Source: Octopus sinensis
Taxonomy: Eukaryota
DNA length: 49,586 nucleotides
Reading direction: 5' to 3'
NCBI RefSeq assembly: GCF_006345805.1
Contig: NW_021834385.1
Span: 1 to 49,586, forward strand
Below are positions 1 through 11,491 of the stretch, piece after piece. How positions within the stretch are numbered: position 1 is the stretch's first letter; every line of letters begins with the position of its first letter. Position numbers and translations under genes: made by a program. Under the pieces are notes generated by a model. That model made no database searches and was not told where the DNA came from. It saw only the letters and a list, made by a program, of their open reading frames with translations.

Positions 1-1344
1 CAGAGGAGGCTAATGTAAATAGCAAACAGCTCATTGCCGGAAAACGGATCCTCGCTTCATCACCTTAAAAGTACATCATGAATACAAAGGGCCAAAACGG
101 GACTTCAGTCTTAAGAAGCAGAATGTGTAACCTAGGAGTTATAACGAGGCTTCATTTCATATACTTGTTTTTATATTTTATTCTTTTACTTGTTTCGGTT
201 TTACTTGATTGAGGCCATGCTGGGGCACACAAAGAATGCAGTTAGTATTGCTGTGCTATGAATGTGTGTGTGTGTGGTGTGTGTGTGTGTGTGTGTGGTG
301 TGTGTGTGTTTGTGTCTGTACTTTGCTTCCGAATGTCCGAGGATCTGGTCGTTTATTTTAGCACGAAACTTTGAGTAATACGGAAAGTTAAGTCAACCTG
401 TCACCTAGGAAACACACACACACACGGTCTAGGGCTCGAAATCACAATCTCTCGATCGTGAGTGTAGCACGACTAACCACTGGGCCACGCACCTACACCC
501 CCCCCACAAACATTAAAAGCAGTTTATAAATTTAACACGTTGTTTGCTTCTGGGGATTTACCATTAAAGGAGAGAGAGAGAATCCCTTCGAGGTTAAACG
601 TAGTTGAAGAACAAAATGTCCGTCACCGCCCGAAAGGGACGGAGCCTTACTAGGTTAAGGTGGTGGTGGGGCTTTTGCCTTTTTGCTTCTTTACGGCCCG
701 GATGTTATTCACCGGATTGTGAAGCTTGGGTGAACGGGTGGGTGGGTAGAAATGCTTACTGGGTGGACGGTAAGAGAATGGAAGGGGACAGATAAGATAG
801 GATAAAGCTCCTTTCCAAGTCATATAGACACATAGGGCCGTTTTCCCGGTTTCCGTGGCGCATATGTTTCCCCACCCGGGTGGCATGCGGGTCTGTCGTA
901 GGATGAGCCGTTTTTGCCAGCCGAGGATTATCCATTTTTGCTAACGTGAAGTGTTTTTCTCAAGAGCACAATACATCGCCCGGCCCAGAAATCGAAACTA
1001 CCATCTCACAATCATGAGTCCGACACCCTAACCACTAAGCCACGCGCCTGCAATGGTCTGGGGTGGAGAGGTGTTGTTGTAATTAAAAAAAAAACGCATA
1101 AAGAATTAGGCCTGTCTGGTCTCCTGTTATCCTGAATATTCCCCTTTAGCAATAGCGCATTGGTTCTGCAATATTCCTATCGACTTCGGTGATTCTTCCA
1201 CCATCTTGGTCAACGATTTCCGACTGGTCAACACTTGCTAAATATTTTCCTCCTCTTCTGATTAATTGATCAAAAATATCGATAAACCGCTTTGTCGTCA
1301 TCACGTGACGCTGCTACACTTGCTAGAATATTCTTCAGATTATT

Positions 1345-1770
1345 TTTTATCTGTTATCTCCTATCTTTTACTTGATTCAGTCATTAGACTGCGGCCATAC
1401 TGGAGTACCGTCTCGAAGAATTTTTCACTCTAAATTTTCCACCCCAGGAATGACCTCTGTTAGAACTTAATAATTATTTCATTGCCAGGTTATGGAGACG
1501 TAAACAAACTAACATCGTTTGTCAGGCGTTAGTGTGGGGAAACAAGCAGAAACATGAATACACGCACTCATATATATATATATATATACACACACATATA
1601 CATACATATGACGGGTTTCCAGTTTTCGTTTACAAAATCTATTCACAAGGCTTTGTTCGGCCGCAGGGTATAGTGGAAGAAACTTACCCAAGGTGCCACA
1701 CGATGAGATTTAATCCGGAATTAACTGGTTCGCGAGTTAACGTCTAATGGCACAGCCACGCCTGCGCTTG
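1345..1770 (-). mobile_element. Diverged copy of SINE family 2
   Basis: The reverse complement carries GTGGCTGTGCC, GCACCTTGGGTAAG, AAAGCCTTGTGAATAG, an internal (TA/CA)n and the GGCCGCAGTCTAATGACTGAATC tail. Confidence 0.7.
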
Positions 1771-1846
1771 GGGTATATATATATATATATATATATACAG
1801 ATATATATATATATACATATATATACATATATATACATATATATAC

Positions 1847-1877
<31 letters not shown>

Positions 1878-1914
1878 CATCTATAATATATATAGTGTAT
1901 ATATATATATATAT

Positions 1915-1947
<33 letters not shown>

Positions 1948-2504
1948 CAAGGATATAAAGATATATAAACAAACATCTATTTACCCCTCTATCTATCTAT
2001 CTATATATCTATCTATCTATCTATCTATCTTCTATTTATCTATCTTTCAATCTATCTCTCATCTATCTATCTATCTATCTATCTATCTATATATCTATCT
2101 ATCTATCTATCTATCGTTCTATCTATCTATATACCTACCTACCTATCTACCTGCCTATCTACCTACCTACCTATCTACCTACCTATATCTCTATCTACAT
2201 AGAAACCTTGTTTGTTCTAATTCATTGAATTTGAGCACAGATGTAGCAGCAACCGGATTCTAACTAAACAATATTGACGCTAACAACTATATTGAGTTTC
2301 AAACCAAACTTTGGTAATGCCTTCTATGGTTTCGCTCTTCCACTTCCAAATTGAATTTGTAGAATATATTTTGCTAGAATTAATATTTTTTTGAAGAATA
2401 TTGCTAAAAAAAATATTTAGTTACATAAGCGCAACTTACAGCAGTTTTGCAATAGGTTTATACGAGTGATGGTATATATTGTATGTGCACACACACACAC
2501 GCAC

Positions 2505-2560
<56 letters not shown>

Positions 2561-2618
2561 TATACTTATCTGGCAACCTATTTCTTCCCCTATTCGTCTC
2601 TCTCTTTCTCTCTCTCTT

Positions 2619-2649
<31 letters not shown>

Positions 2650-2744
2650 GCTTCAAGATACATGGTATGTTAAATAAATCCGCCAATATAATGTATCTTA
2701 AGGCATGAAACTTTATATAGTGCTTTTGTAAATGTGTATATGTT

Positions 2745-2785
<41 letters not shown>

Positions 2786-3060
2786 CGCACACACACACAC
2801 ATACACAGACATATATATATGTATATATATGTACGTATGTACGTATATGTATGTATATATACATGTATGCATGTATGTATATATATATATATATATATAT
2901 GCGCGCGTGTGTGTGTGTGTGCACTGAGATATGTAGTCATACGTGGAATAATTAATATTTTGGGATGTATTTTCGATACATATATATTGATATATGGCCG
3001 AATGTATACACCCTCTCAAATATGAACACACTCACTTTCTCTCTCTTTCCTTCTTTCTCG

Positions 3061-3097
<37 letters not shown>

Positions 3098-3360
3098 GCA
3101 CACACACACTCACACACGGATACATTATTTCCCTCTTTGTCTTTCTCACACACTCAAAGACACTCTCATACACGCTCAGATGGGAATAATAAATACAATA
3201 TTTTCGAACGAAACTCGTCAACACATTTCACTGGATTCTCAGGTCTTTAACAGCAATTTGATTCAGTTGGCCACGACTTGAAGTTTTTATGATGAGACGG
3301 ACGTGTCCCATGCGCCCACGAAACTTTAAGTCACGTGGAGTTGAGCCAAACGTATATTAT

Positions 3361-3590
3361 TTATTTCTTAACTACCCACAAGGGGCTAAACACAGAGGGG
3401 ACAAACAAGGACAGACAAACGGATTAAGTCGATTACATCGACCCCAGTGCGTAATTGGTACTTTATTTATCGACCCCGAAAGGATGAAAGGCAAAGTCGA
3501 CCATGGCGGAATTTGAACTCAGAACGTAACGGCAGACGAAATACGGCTAAGTATTTCGCCCGGCGTGCTAACGTTTCTGCCAGCTCGCCT
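3361..3590 (-). mobile_element. tRNA-derived SINE family 1 (tail A), full length
   Basis: Reverse complement of GGCGAGCTGGCAG...GAGTTCAAATTCCGCC...GTCGACTTTGCCTTTCATCCTTTCGGGGTCGAT...AAGAAATA, with a B-box-like GTTCAAATTCC. Confidence 0.85.
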
Positions 3591-3699
3591 TTTTCATATT
3601 CTGTAAAATATATCTTTAAACAATTTACCAGAGAGCTGAAAAATCACGTGATCAAACTGTATTTAGAGTGAGCAGAAAGCCGTTCAGAGGCAACACAAT

Positions 3700-3900
3700 A
3701 CCTACGGACATATATACAAGAAATTACAATCAACATAAGTTTATATTAGTCGAAATTTATAGAAAAACTAAAGACGAAGACTGGTCTGTGAACAGCAAGC
3801 AAGTGTATTAGTTTGACGTTCGGGAAAGTGAAAAAGTGTTTTATGTTTCGAGCCTACGCTCTTCAACAGAAAAGAATAACAGAAAATACAGAGAGAAAGA
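3700..3900 (-). mobile_element. Penelope-type terminal repeat relic with hammerhead-like motif
   Basis: Minus strand reads CTGTTGA-A-GAGC-GTAG-GCTC-GAAACATAAA (3839-3869), with the same GAGC/GCTC stem II as the 6.6-kb monomers. Element limits are approximate. Confidence 0.4.
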
Positions 3901-4448
3901 GTGAAAAGAAGATTTGGAGAATTCAGCGGTCCAACATGGCGAACAGGTTTATATTATTAGTTCCTGTTCACGTTTCACCAATGTGGTTGTTTGAATTCTG
4001 CATAAGATGTTCCAAGGGCCATTTGTTGCTCGACCACAACGCATCGCCAGGGAACACTTTATTGCAGTGTGTTACAGAGAAATTAATACCTAAAGTTGGA
4101 TTGATGGCGAGGCATTTTATAAGTATTTTGTGAGGGTAGAAGGAAGAAAACCGCTGGCAGAAAAATATTAAGAGGGGCTAAGAAAGAAGAGAAAGAGAGA
4201 GGAAGGAAAAGGAGAAAGAAAACAGAATAGAGAATAAAGAGAGCGAAAAAGAAAGAGATAAAAAAACAGAGGGGAAAAAGAAGAGGGGAAAATAGGATGA
4301 ATGAAAATGGAAAGGTTGGAAGAAAAAACCAAATTGGACAACCATGAATGAGAGAATCAAATATAAACAACACGAATAACTAAGTAAAATGAATAAATAA
4401 ATAAATGCACATATGAGATAGAGAAAGAGTAAGAGAGAGAGAGAGAGA

Positions 4449-4509
<61 letters not shown>

Positions 4510-4801
4510 GGAGAGAGAGAATGGGAAGTAAGACATTATAAAAAAGTGCAGTAAATTAACTGTGAGTCGGTTAAGATATTGATCAAAGACAAAAGAGATT
4601 TCAAAATGAATCTAAGCACAAATGTAGACTTAAATATGCGTAGGTAATGTACCTCACACAGGATTGGTGCCCAAAAGCCATTTTTGTTCCTTTCAAAAGG
4701 ACTCGTGCAACGTTACTTCCCGAATACATGTCTTTAAGTCAGAAAGTAGAGACCGATGGTTCCCACCCATATTTTGCTTATCGACCATCATGATGAGGGG
4801 G

Positions 4802-4850
<49 letters not shown>

Positions 4851-4892
4851 GAGAGAGTGTGAGTGAGTGAGAGAGAGAGTGAGTGAGAGAGA

Positions 4893-4899
<7 letters not shown>

Positions 4900-4938
<39 letters not shown>

Positions 4939-5477
4939 TAGGCACATATATTCGCACGTATTGTACATGTATATAGACATATAAACGTAAACATACATAC
5001 ACATATATACACATTCAATGTTAAAAAAAAAAACCCATTATATTATTGGGAAAGGTAGAAAGAAATTCTTGAAATATTTTGTGTAGTGTAGCAATATAAC
5101 GAATTTATTGGAGAAAAACTACAACAATAAAACACTGTACAGACCCCTAAGGGTCACGTGGGACCCGGTTGAGAACCATTGCTATCGACAATGGTCTATA
5201 TTATGTACTGCAGATCCCTATAAAGGGGATAAAAGACAGCTGCCAGTTATGTTAAAATGAAGCACCGAAGGTCCTTATGGCTGGCGAGGGTCTTCATAAT
5301 AGAAGAGAAAGGGACAATTATTAACGGTCTCCACAGAAAGTTCAAAACATTCCAATTCTATGAGGAAACAAACAAGGGCGATTCTAATGATTAACACATG
5401 TGTGTATATGTGTATGTATGCTTACGTTTATATGTCTATATACATGTACAATATGTGCGAATATATGTGCCTATGCA

Positions 5478-5497
<20 letters not shown>
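4900..5497. repeat. Inverted duplication with ~100-bp arms (4900-5012 and 5393-5497)
   Basis: GTTTATATGTCTATATACATGTACAATA(C/T)GTGCGAATATATGTGCCTAT(C/G)CATCTCTC occurs on opposite strands. Confidence 0.85.
5030..5181. mobile_element. Possible hAT (Charlie-like) MITE end
   Basis: GGTTGAGAACCATTG resembles the CAGTGGTTCTCAACC type of TIR. Only one end is seen. Confidence 0.3.
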
Positions 5498-5517
<20 letters not shown>

Positions 5518-5562
5518 CATACATGCATACATACATACATACATCATACATACATACATACA

Positions 5563-5598
<36 letters not shown>

Positions 5599-5854
5599 TA
5601 AATATATATATATATATATGTATGTATGTATGTAAATATATATATGTATATGCATATTTCTCAGACTTAAGTTGTTAAGTTCCGTGTCTTCGAGGCATTC
5701 TTCTGTGAGAGAAGAGGTTGTCTCTGATGCTTTTCTACTAATTTTTATCCGCATTCTTTCATTCTTGAGAACAATTTGCGTTTTGTCGCAAAATGGAAAC
5801 GAATCGAAACAAAGAATGAAGAATAAGTGCTTAAGTATGTTATGTAAACACGCG

Positions 5855-5885
<31 letters not shown>

Positions 5886-6135
5886 ACACACACACACCAC
5901 ACACACACACACACAAAGGTATATGAATGTTTCTGGTTTTGTTGATGAACTTGTTGAAGTAAAGACATTTACTGGTGGAGTAACTCCACACATTTGGTAG
6001 AGTAAAATTTATCGATAACATTTATCGATAATATTGATTTTGACTAAGACTTTACGTTTCGTTATTTATGGTCACTTATTGAGTAAGCACTCAAAAGAGA
6101 GAACTGGAAGTCCCAGGAAAACATATGTATATGTA

Positions 6136-6279
<144 letters not shown>

Positions 6280-6539
6280 CTGTCTTTCTTCCCACCCTAA
6301 TACTGAAATACCCTGAATTCATTTCATTTTATCAGGATTATTTTTCGTATTATTTCCCTGCTACACTTTGCAATCTTTGTACGCTTATGTTCATATGCTT
6401 ATATATTTTTCAATCAAGTTTATCTTTAAATTCTAAAACTGAAGAATCTGTCGTCTTCGACTTTTGTTCTATTCCTATTCCATCCCTTTCCTTAGAATCA
6501 CATATAAGACGATATATATATCGTCTTTCCGGTCTTTCA

Positions 6540-6730
6540 AAATGTGACCGCGTATGTACAGTTGGCGATTTTTTCCTCTGTCTTCCCTTCTCTGGATCTT
6601 TCCTTCTCCTATGTTTCCGACGAAGAGCTCCGCTCGAAACGTTAAACCCTCCTTCTTTCCTTCTTTCCTGAGCGTCCACGCGTTGTTGTGTTTTTTTGTG
6701 CTTTCTTGTTTGGATTATCTTTATATATAT

Positions 6731-6807
<77 letters not shown>

Positions 6808-6960
6808 ACTGCACGTTGACTGTTGGTGATTTTTTCCTCCTTCCTTTCTTTTCTTTTGGACGTTCCTATGCCTCCTGTTTACGAAGAAGAGCTTTGCTCG
6901 AAATCTAAAACAACCACTCTTTCTTTCCTTCTCTGAGCGTCTTATTAATACTCTGCCTGT
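6540..6960 (+). mobile_element. Two tandem ~264-bp-spaced monomers with hammerhead-like motif (Penelope pLTR or retrozyme-like)
   Basis: GTTT-CCGACGA-A-GAGC-TCC-GCTC-GAAACGTT-AAAC at 6613-6647, with a degenerate twin at 6877-6912. Flanks are homologous (TTGG(C/T)GATTTTTTCCTC...CTGAGCGTC). Confidence 0.55.
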
Positions 6961-7136
6961 ACCTCCCTAGATGCAGTTCCGGCGGCCGGAGGTGTTTGTC
7001 TCCCCTTCGTATATGTATATAAGGACACAGGGGAAAATGTGTCAAAGCTATCAGGAGGCGTTCGATGCTTCCTAGGGCTATACAGCGGTGGTGTACCCCC
7101 TACTGTCACGTTCTTGTTAGATTGACAGTATACAAC

Positions 7137-7218
<82 letters not shown>

Positions 7219-7296
7219 TTATATATATATCGTCAATATATCACAAATCCGAAAAGAAGCGCATTCTAAAGCATAGAGCATTAATGTATTAAAAGG

Positions 7297-7414
7297 AATT
7301 AAGTTAATGTCAGGTGATAGAGTGACCAACGGCTTCGCTTCCACAAAGGCCTTAGCTAAGACCCTTGTGGACGCGAGACCACTGGTCACTCTATGACCGA
7401 ACATTAACTTAATT
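7297..7414. mobile_element. 118-bp fold-back MITE-like palindrome
   Basis: 59-bp arms with 10 mismatches around the centre CTTAG|CTAAG; the ends are AATTAAG...CTTAATT. Confidence 0.7.
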
Positions 7415-7819
7415 ACTTTAATACCTTGCTGCTTAATACTCTATAAATTTTTAATTTAAGAAAATCTCTCTTCAATCAAGAAGTTTTACGAAAAGCATTG
7501 TGTGTGTGTGTGTGTGTTTGTGTGTGCGTGTGCATGTATGCTTGTATGTATGTGTGTACGTGTGCGCATATATGTGTGTGCATGAGTGTGTAACCTATAC
7601 ATTATTCTTTTACTTGTATCAGTCATATGACTGCGGCTATGCTTATGAACACTTAAGTGTCATACAGGACCAATTATTTTTAGGGGAATTTTTTGAAATA
7701 CACCGATAATCATGCCGTGGAAGTCCTCCTTTCTCTCCCTCCTCTCTTACTATGTGTGCGTGTGTGTGTGAGTGTATGTGTGAGTGTGTGCTTGTGTGCT
7801 TGGGTGCTTGTGTGTGAGG

Positions 7820-7873
<54 letters not shown>

Positions 7874-7959
7874 GTGTGCGTGTATGTGTGTGTGTGTGTG
7901 TGTGCATGTGTGTGTGCGTGTGTGTGTGATATTCAATGATATCATATAATATATGCAGG

Positions 7960-8450
7960 CTCCAAGATCTTGAACTTTAATTCTGCAACATAAAGGATCC
8001 ATTACTTTTCCGGTAATTTTCAAAAAACACCAGTTAACATTATTTCCTGTAGAATGACACACAAAGTTTTCAAATCCTATTTTAATTGTCACCACTTGTG
8101 CAAGATTCCTTCTCAATATGTTTCTTTCTTCATCAAGTCTGTGACCTTTTCCAAGTATATTCCTCTCAACTGTGAAGAACCGTTAATGCCAACATTCTCA
8201 GTGCAGCGCACTTACTTCTTATTGAAAACCATTTTCCTTCTCCATCTTCTTCAGGTCTTTTCATCTTATTTCTTTTTCCTTTCTCTATGCTTCTTAATCA
8301 CAGCTTTATACAACCCAGATTCTTTTCTCTCTCTTTTAATCCTCAACACCTTTATATCTTGCTCTGTACATTTTCAAATGAAATTAGTTTGAACGAAAAT
8401 CTGGGAACTGAAAGCCCTTAACATGGAAAGTTTTCCTTCTCATTTCTTCA
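7960..8450 (-). pseudogene. Possible highly decayed mariner transposase fragment
   Basis: Minus strand reads FLKITG, then (frameshift) WILYV, resembling the mariner FLKRIVTGDEKWILY motif. There are many stops. Confidence 0.25.
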
Positions 8451-8700
8451 CGTCTTTCATACGCTTTTCCTTTTTCTTTTTATCTTTTTATTCATCTCTC
8501 ATTCACACAATTTTCACACTTGGTTTCAGTCTGTGTGTCTGTCTGTCTCTCTCTCAACATCTCCCCTCCCTATACACATAAATATATTCTTTTCGGTGGT
8601 GTTCATGCCAGGCATACGATTTGATCTGAGACACTATGTTGAAACTAGAACAATTGCAGCTTGGAAGACACGTGTTAGCCTGAGAGAGATGTAGGGAGTC

Positions 8701-8737
8701 GTGTCACTGATCGTGTCACTGATCATGTCACTGATCA
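8701..8737. repeat. 12-bp tandem repeat, 3 copies
   Basis: (G/A)TGTCACTGATC x3. Confidence 0.9.
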
Positions 8738-9676
8738 GGCAGCAATCCCTGCGACGAACATTTTGATACCAAATAATTAACATTTAAATGAGGTTAACAG
8801 TTTTTTTTGAATGGCTAATAAGTGTCTTTCATATAAAATACGATTCATTCGAAAACCCTTCATAGAATATTCCTCGTCAAGGAAATTCTTCACCCTCCAC
8901 ACGTCTTCATTATCTATTTAATATTTGTTCAGAGACGTAACGTGGGTTTTGGTCTTTCTTCGTATGAGAGCCGTATTGGCCGCCCTTTCATATGCATAGC
9001 CTACTTTTGACTACTAGAAATATACGCATATAAAATGGCTGCCCTTTGGGACATGCACATCTCGTACACCCCACGTTACACTACTAAACTTTTCTTAAGA
9101 ATTTTCCATAGATAAAATTCCTCAACGATATATTTTATAACCTGGTCATATTCTACATTCTTTTGATGAGATCAGTAGAGCGAAACAGGCTGCAGTTTAT
9201 CTGTGCTGTCTTAACGCTGACTTGGTGCTCTGTTTAGTATTTCGTTTTTAAGTCTATCTCTACAGATTTTCCATTGAATTCAGAGCAAGCACCGAAACTC
9301 ACGATGTTGAGGAGCAATAACCCTTGAAATGTGCATGGACACCCGTTACATATTTCTTTTTCTATCTCCGTTCGCATTGTATACATAAACGTATTCGTAT
9401 ACGAAACGTTGTAACTTTCAGTGTCGGCTCTAAACTCTTTAGAAAATCGGTAGAGAAAAGCTTAAAGATGAGAACATGGCGCTTCTAATCTTTAACATAC
9501 TTGGTCGTATGTTAATGTTGCAAAACGAAATACAGTGTCCCTATCAGTTATTGTGTTGTATTTACTAGTTGTTGGGAATGTGTTACATATGTAAATTAGT
9601 CTTTCCAATAGTGTTACGCTGCTAATCTTAGTGGCTATTTAAGCAATACATTAGTGGATGGTTAATGGGTTGGATG

Positions 9677-9901
9677 CGAGCTGGCAGAAACGTTAGCACG
9701 CCGGGCGAAATGCTTAGCGGTATTTCGTCTGCGTTACGTTGTGAGTTCAAATTCCGCCGAGGTCGACTTTGCCTTTCATCCTTTCGGGGTCGATAAATTA
9801 AGTACCAGTTACGCACTGGGGTCGATGTAATCGACTTAATACCTATGTCTGTCCTTGTTTGTCCCCTCTGTGTTTAGCCCCTTGTGGGTAATAAAGAAAT
9901 A
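9677..9901 (+). mobile_element. SINE family 1 (tail A) with 17-bp target-site duplication
   Basis: The TSD GGTTAATGGGTTGGATG occurs exactly at 9660-9676 and 9902-9918. Confidence 0.92.
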
Positions 9902-10526
9902 GGTTAATGGGTTGGATGTAGTACTGATGAAAGAACAAAAATTCCCGAAATATGCATATACAGCCATCACCTATTTTTCTATATTCGATCGCATTGTTTA
10001 CATAGACGTATTCGTATACGAAACGTCGTAACTTTTAGCGCTGGCTCTAAATTATATAGAAAATCTGCAGAGATAAAATTTTAAGATGAAATCAATGCAC
10101 ACAAGGTGCGACAGAGTATCGATTTATAAAACCCCTTAATATACTTTGTGGTGTATTATGGCCGAAAGACAAAATACTGGTTCCTTGCCAGCAATTAATG
10201 TTTGGCAGTTATTCTCAATTTTATCAGCTGAGAAGATTGAAACGTGGAGTAACAAACCTAGCCCAAGGACACAATGCGCTACAGGGCCCGGGAATCGAAC
10301 CGAGGACTTTATGATCTACGTTGCTACATTCCCTGAAAACTAAGCCACGTGCTTTCTCATATATTTGTATTCAGATACCGTTTTTCACAGCGACGATTCA
10401 AATATACATTCTATACACACATACATACATACATACGTACATACATACATACATACATACATACATACATACATACATACATACATACATAAATACATAC
10501 ATACACACATACATACACACATATAA

Positions 10527-10560
<34 letters not shown>

Positions 10561-10588
10561 GTAATAATAATAAAATAATAATAATAAT

Positions 10589-10635
<47 letters not shown>

Positions 10636-10668
10636 TAATAATAAAATAATAATAATAATAATAATAAT

Positions 10669-11356
10669 GGCACGATAGAGCTGCACAATATATTCACTGG
10701 TAATCTGTAAAAACCTGGATTTGCCCCATGAAAAAAACTGGTGGGAACACAAACCACTCCCAGTGCTTGAAAATGACCACATCTCACTCCTCTGGAACTT
10801 CACCATTCAAACTGACAGAAAGATAGATGCAAATAGGCCAGACATCATATTGAAAGACTTCAAACAAAGAACATGCCTCCTCATTGATATGACTGTCCCA
10901 ATTGATATAAACGTATCTGTCAAGACCTACCAAAAACTGAGCAAATATAAAGATCTTGAAATAGAAATCAGCAAAATGTGGAAGCTGAAGACTAAAACAA
11001 TACCTGTTGTCATAGGTGCCCTGGGAATGATAGCAAAAGGGGCTGATAGCTACCTAACTCAGATACCAGGAAACCCAAAAATGGCAGAAGTTCAAAAGAT
11101 AGTGCTCATGGGAACTGCTCATATCCTACGCAAAATACTCTCTATGTAACCTCAAGGTTTAAAACAACCATGATTTTCGGTTTAAAAAAAAAAAAAAACT
11201 TTTTTTTAGACATTCATTAGTACAACACCCCCACCCCCCAAATATATGGCACACTAGGCATAACAACAGCATGAACTTCCAACCCTGTTGTCTCTTGAGG
11301 TCTCTGGGTGAGACTTGGAGCCAACTTGTACAAATATAAAGCAAAAGTCAAACATA

Positions 11357-11357
<1 letters not shown>
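10669..11357 (+). mobile_element. 5'-truncated R4/Dong-like non-LTR retrotransposon, copy 1 (RLE domain and 3' UTR)
   Basis: ORF 10721-11149 with NRPDIIL...LLIDMTVP...KLSKYKDL (PD-(D/E)xK restriction-like endonuclease), flanked by (AAT)n on both sides. Confidence 0.88.
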
Positions 11358-11403
<46 letters not shown>

Positions 11404-11414
11404 TAATAATAATA

Positions 11415-11490
<76 letters not shown>

Positions 11491-11491
<1 letters not shown>

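Noticed and set aside
5660-5830. GIY-YIG endonuclease fragment on the minus strand
   Set aside because: The resemblance is vague and no catalytic motif is recognisable.
9394-9405. TTCGTATACGAA resembles fused loxP arms
   Set aside because: There is no 8-bp spacer or ATAAC ends and no recombinase. It is part of a decayed repeat present twice.
10000-10035. GTAT-TCGT-ATAC-GAAACGTC as a further hammerhead
   Set aside because: Helix II and GAAAC-GUC are present, but no CUGANGA-like core precedes them in either copy.
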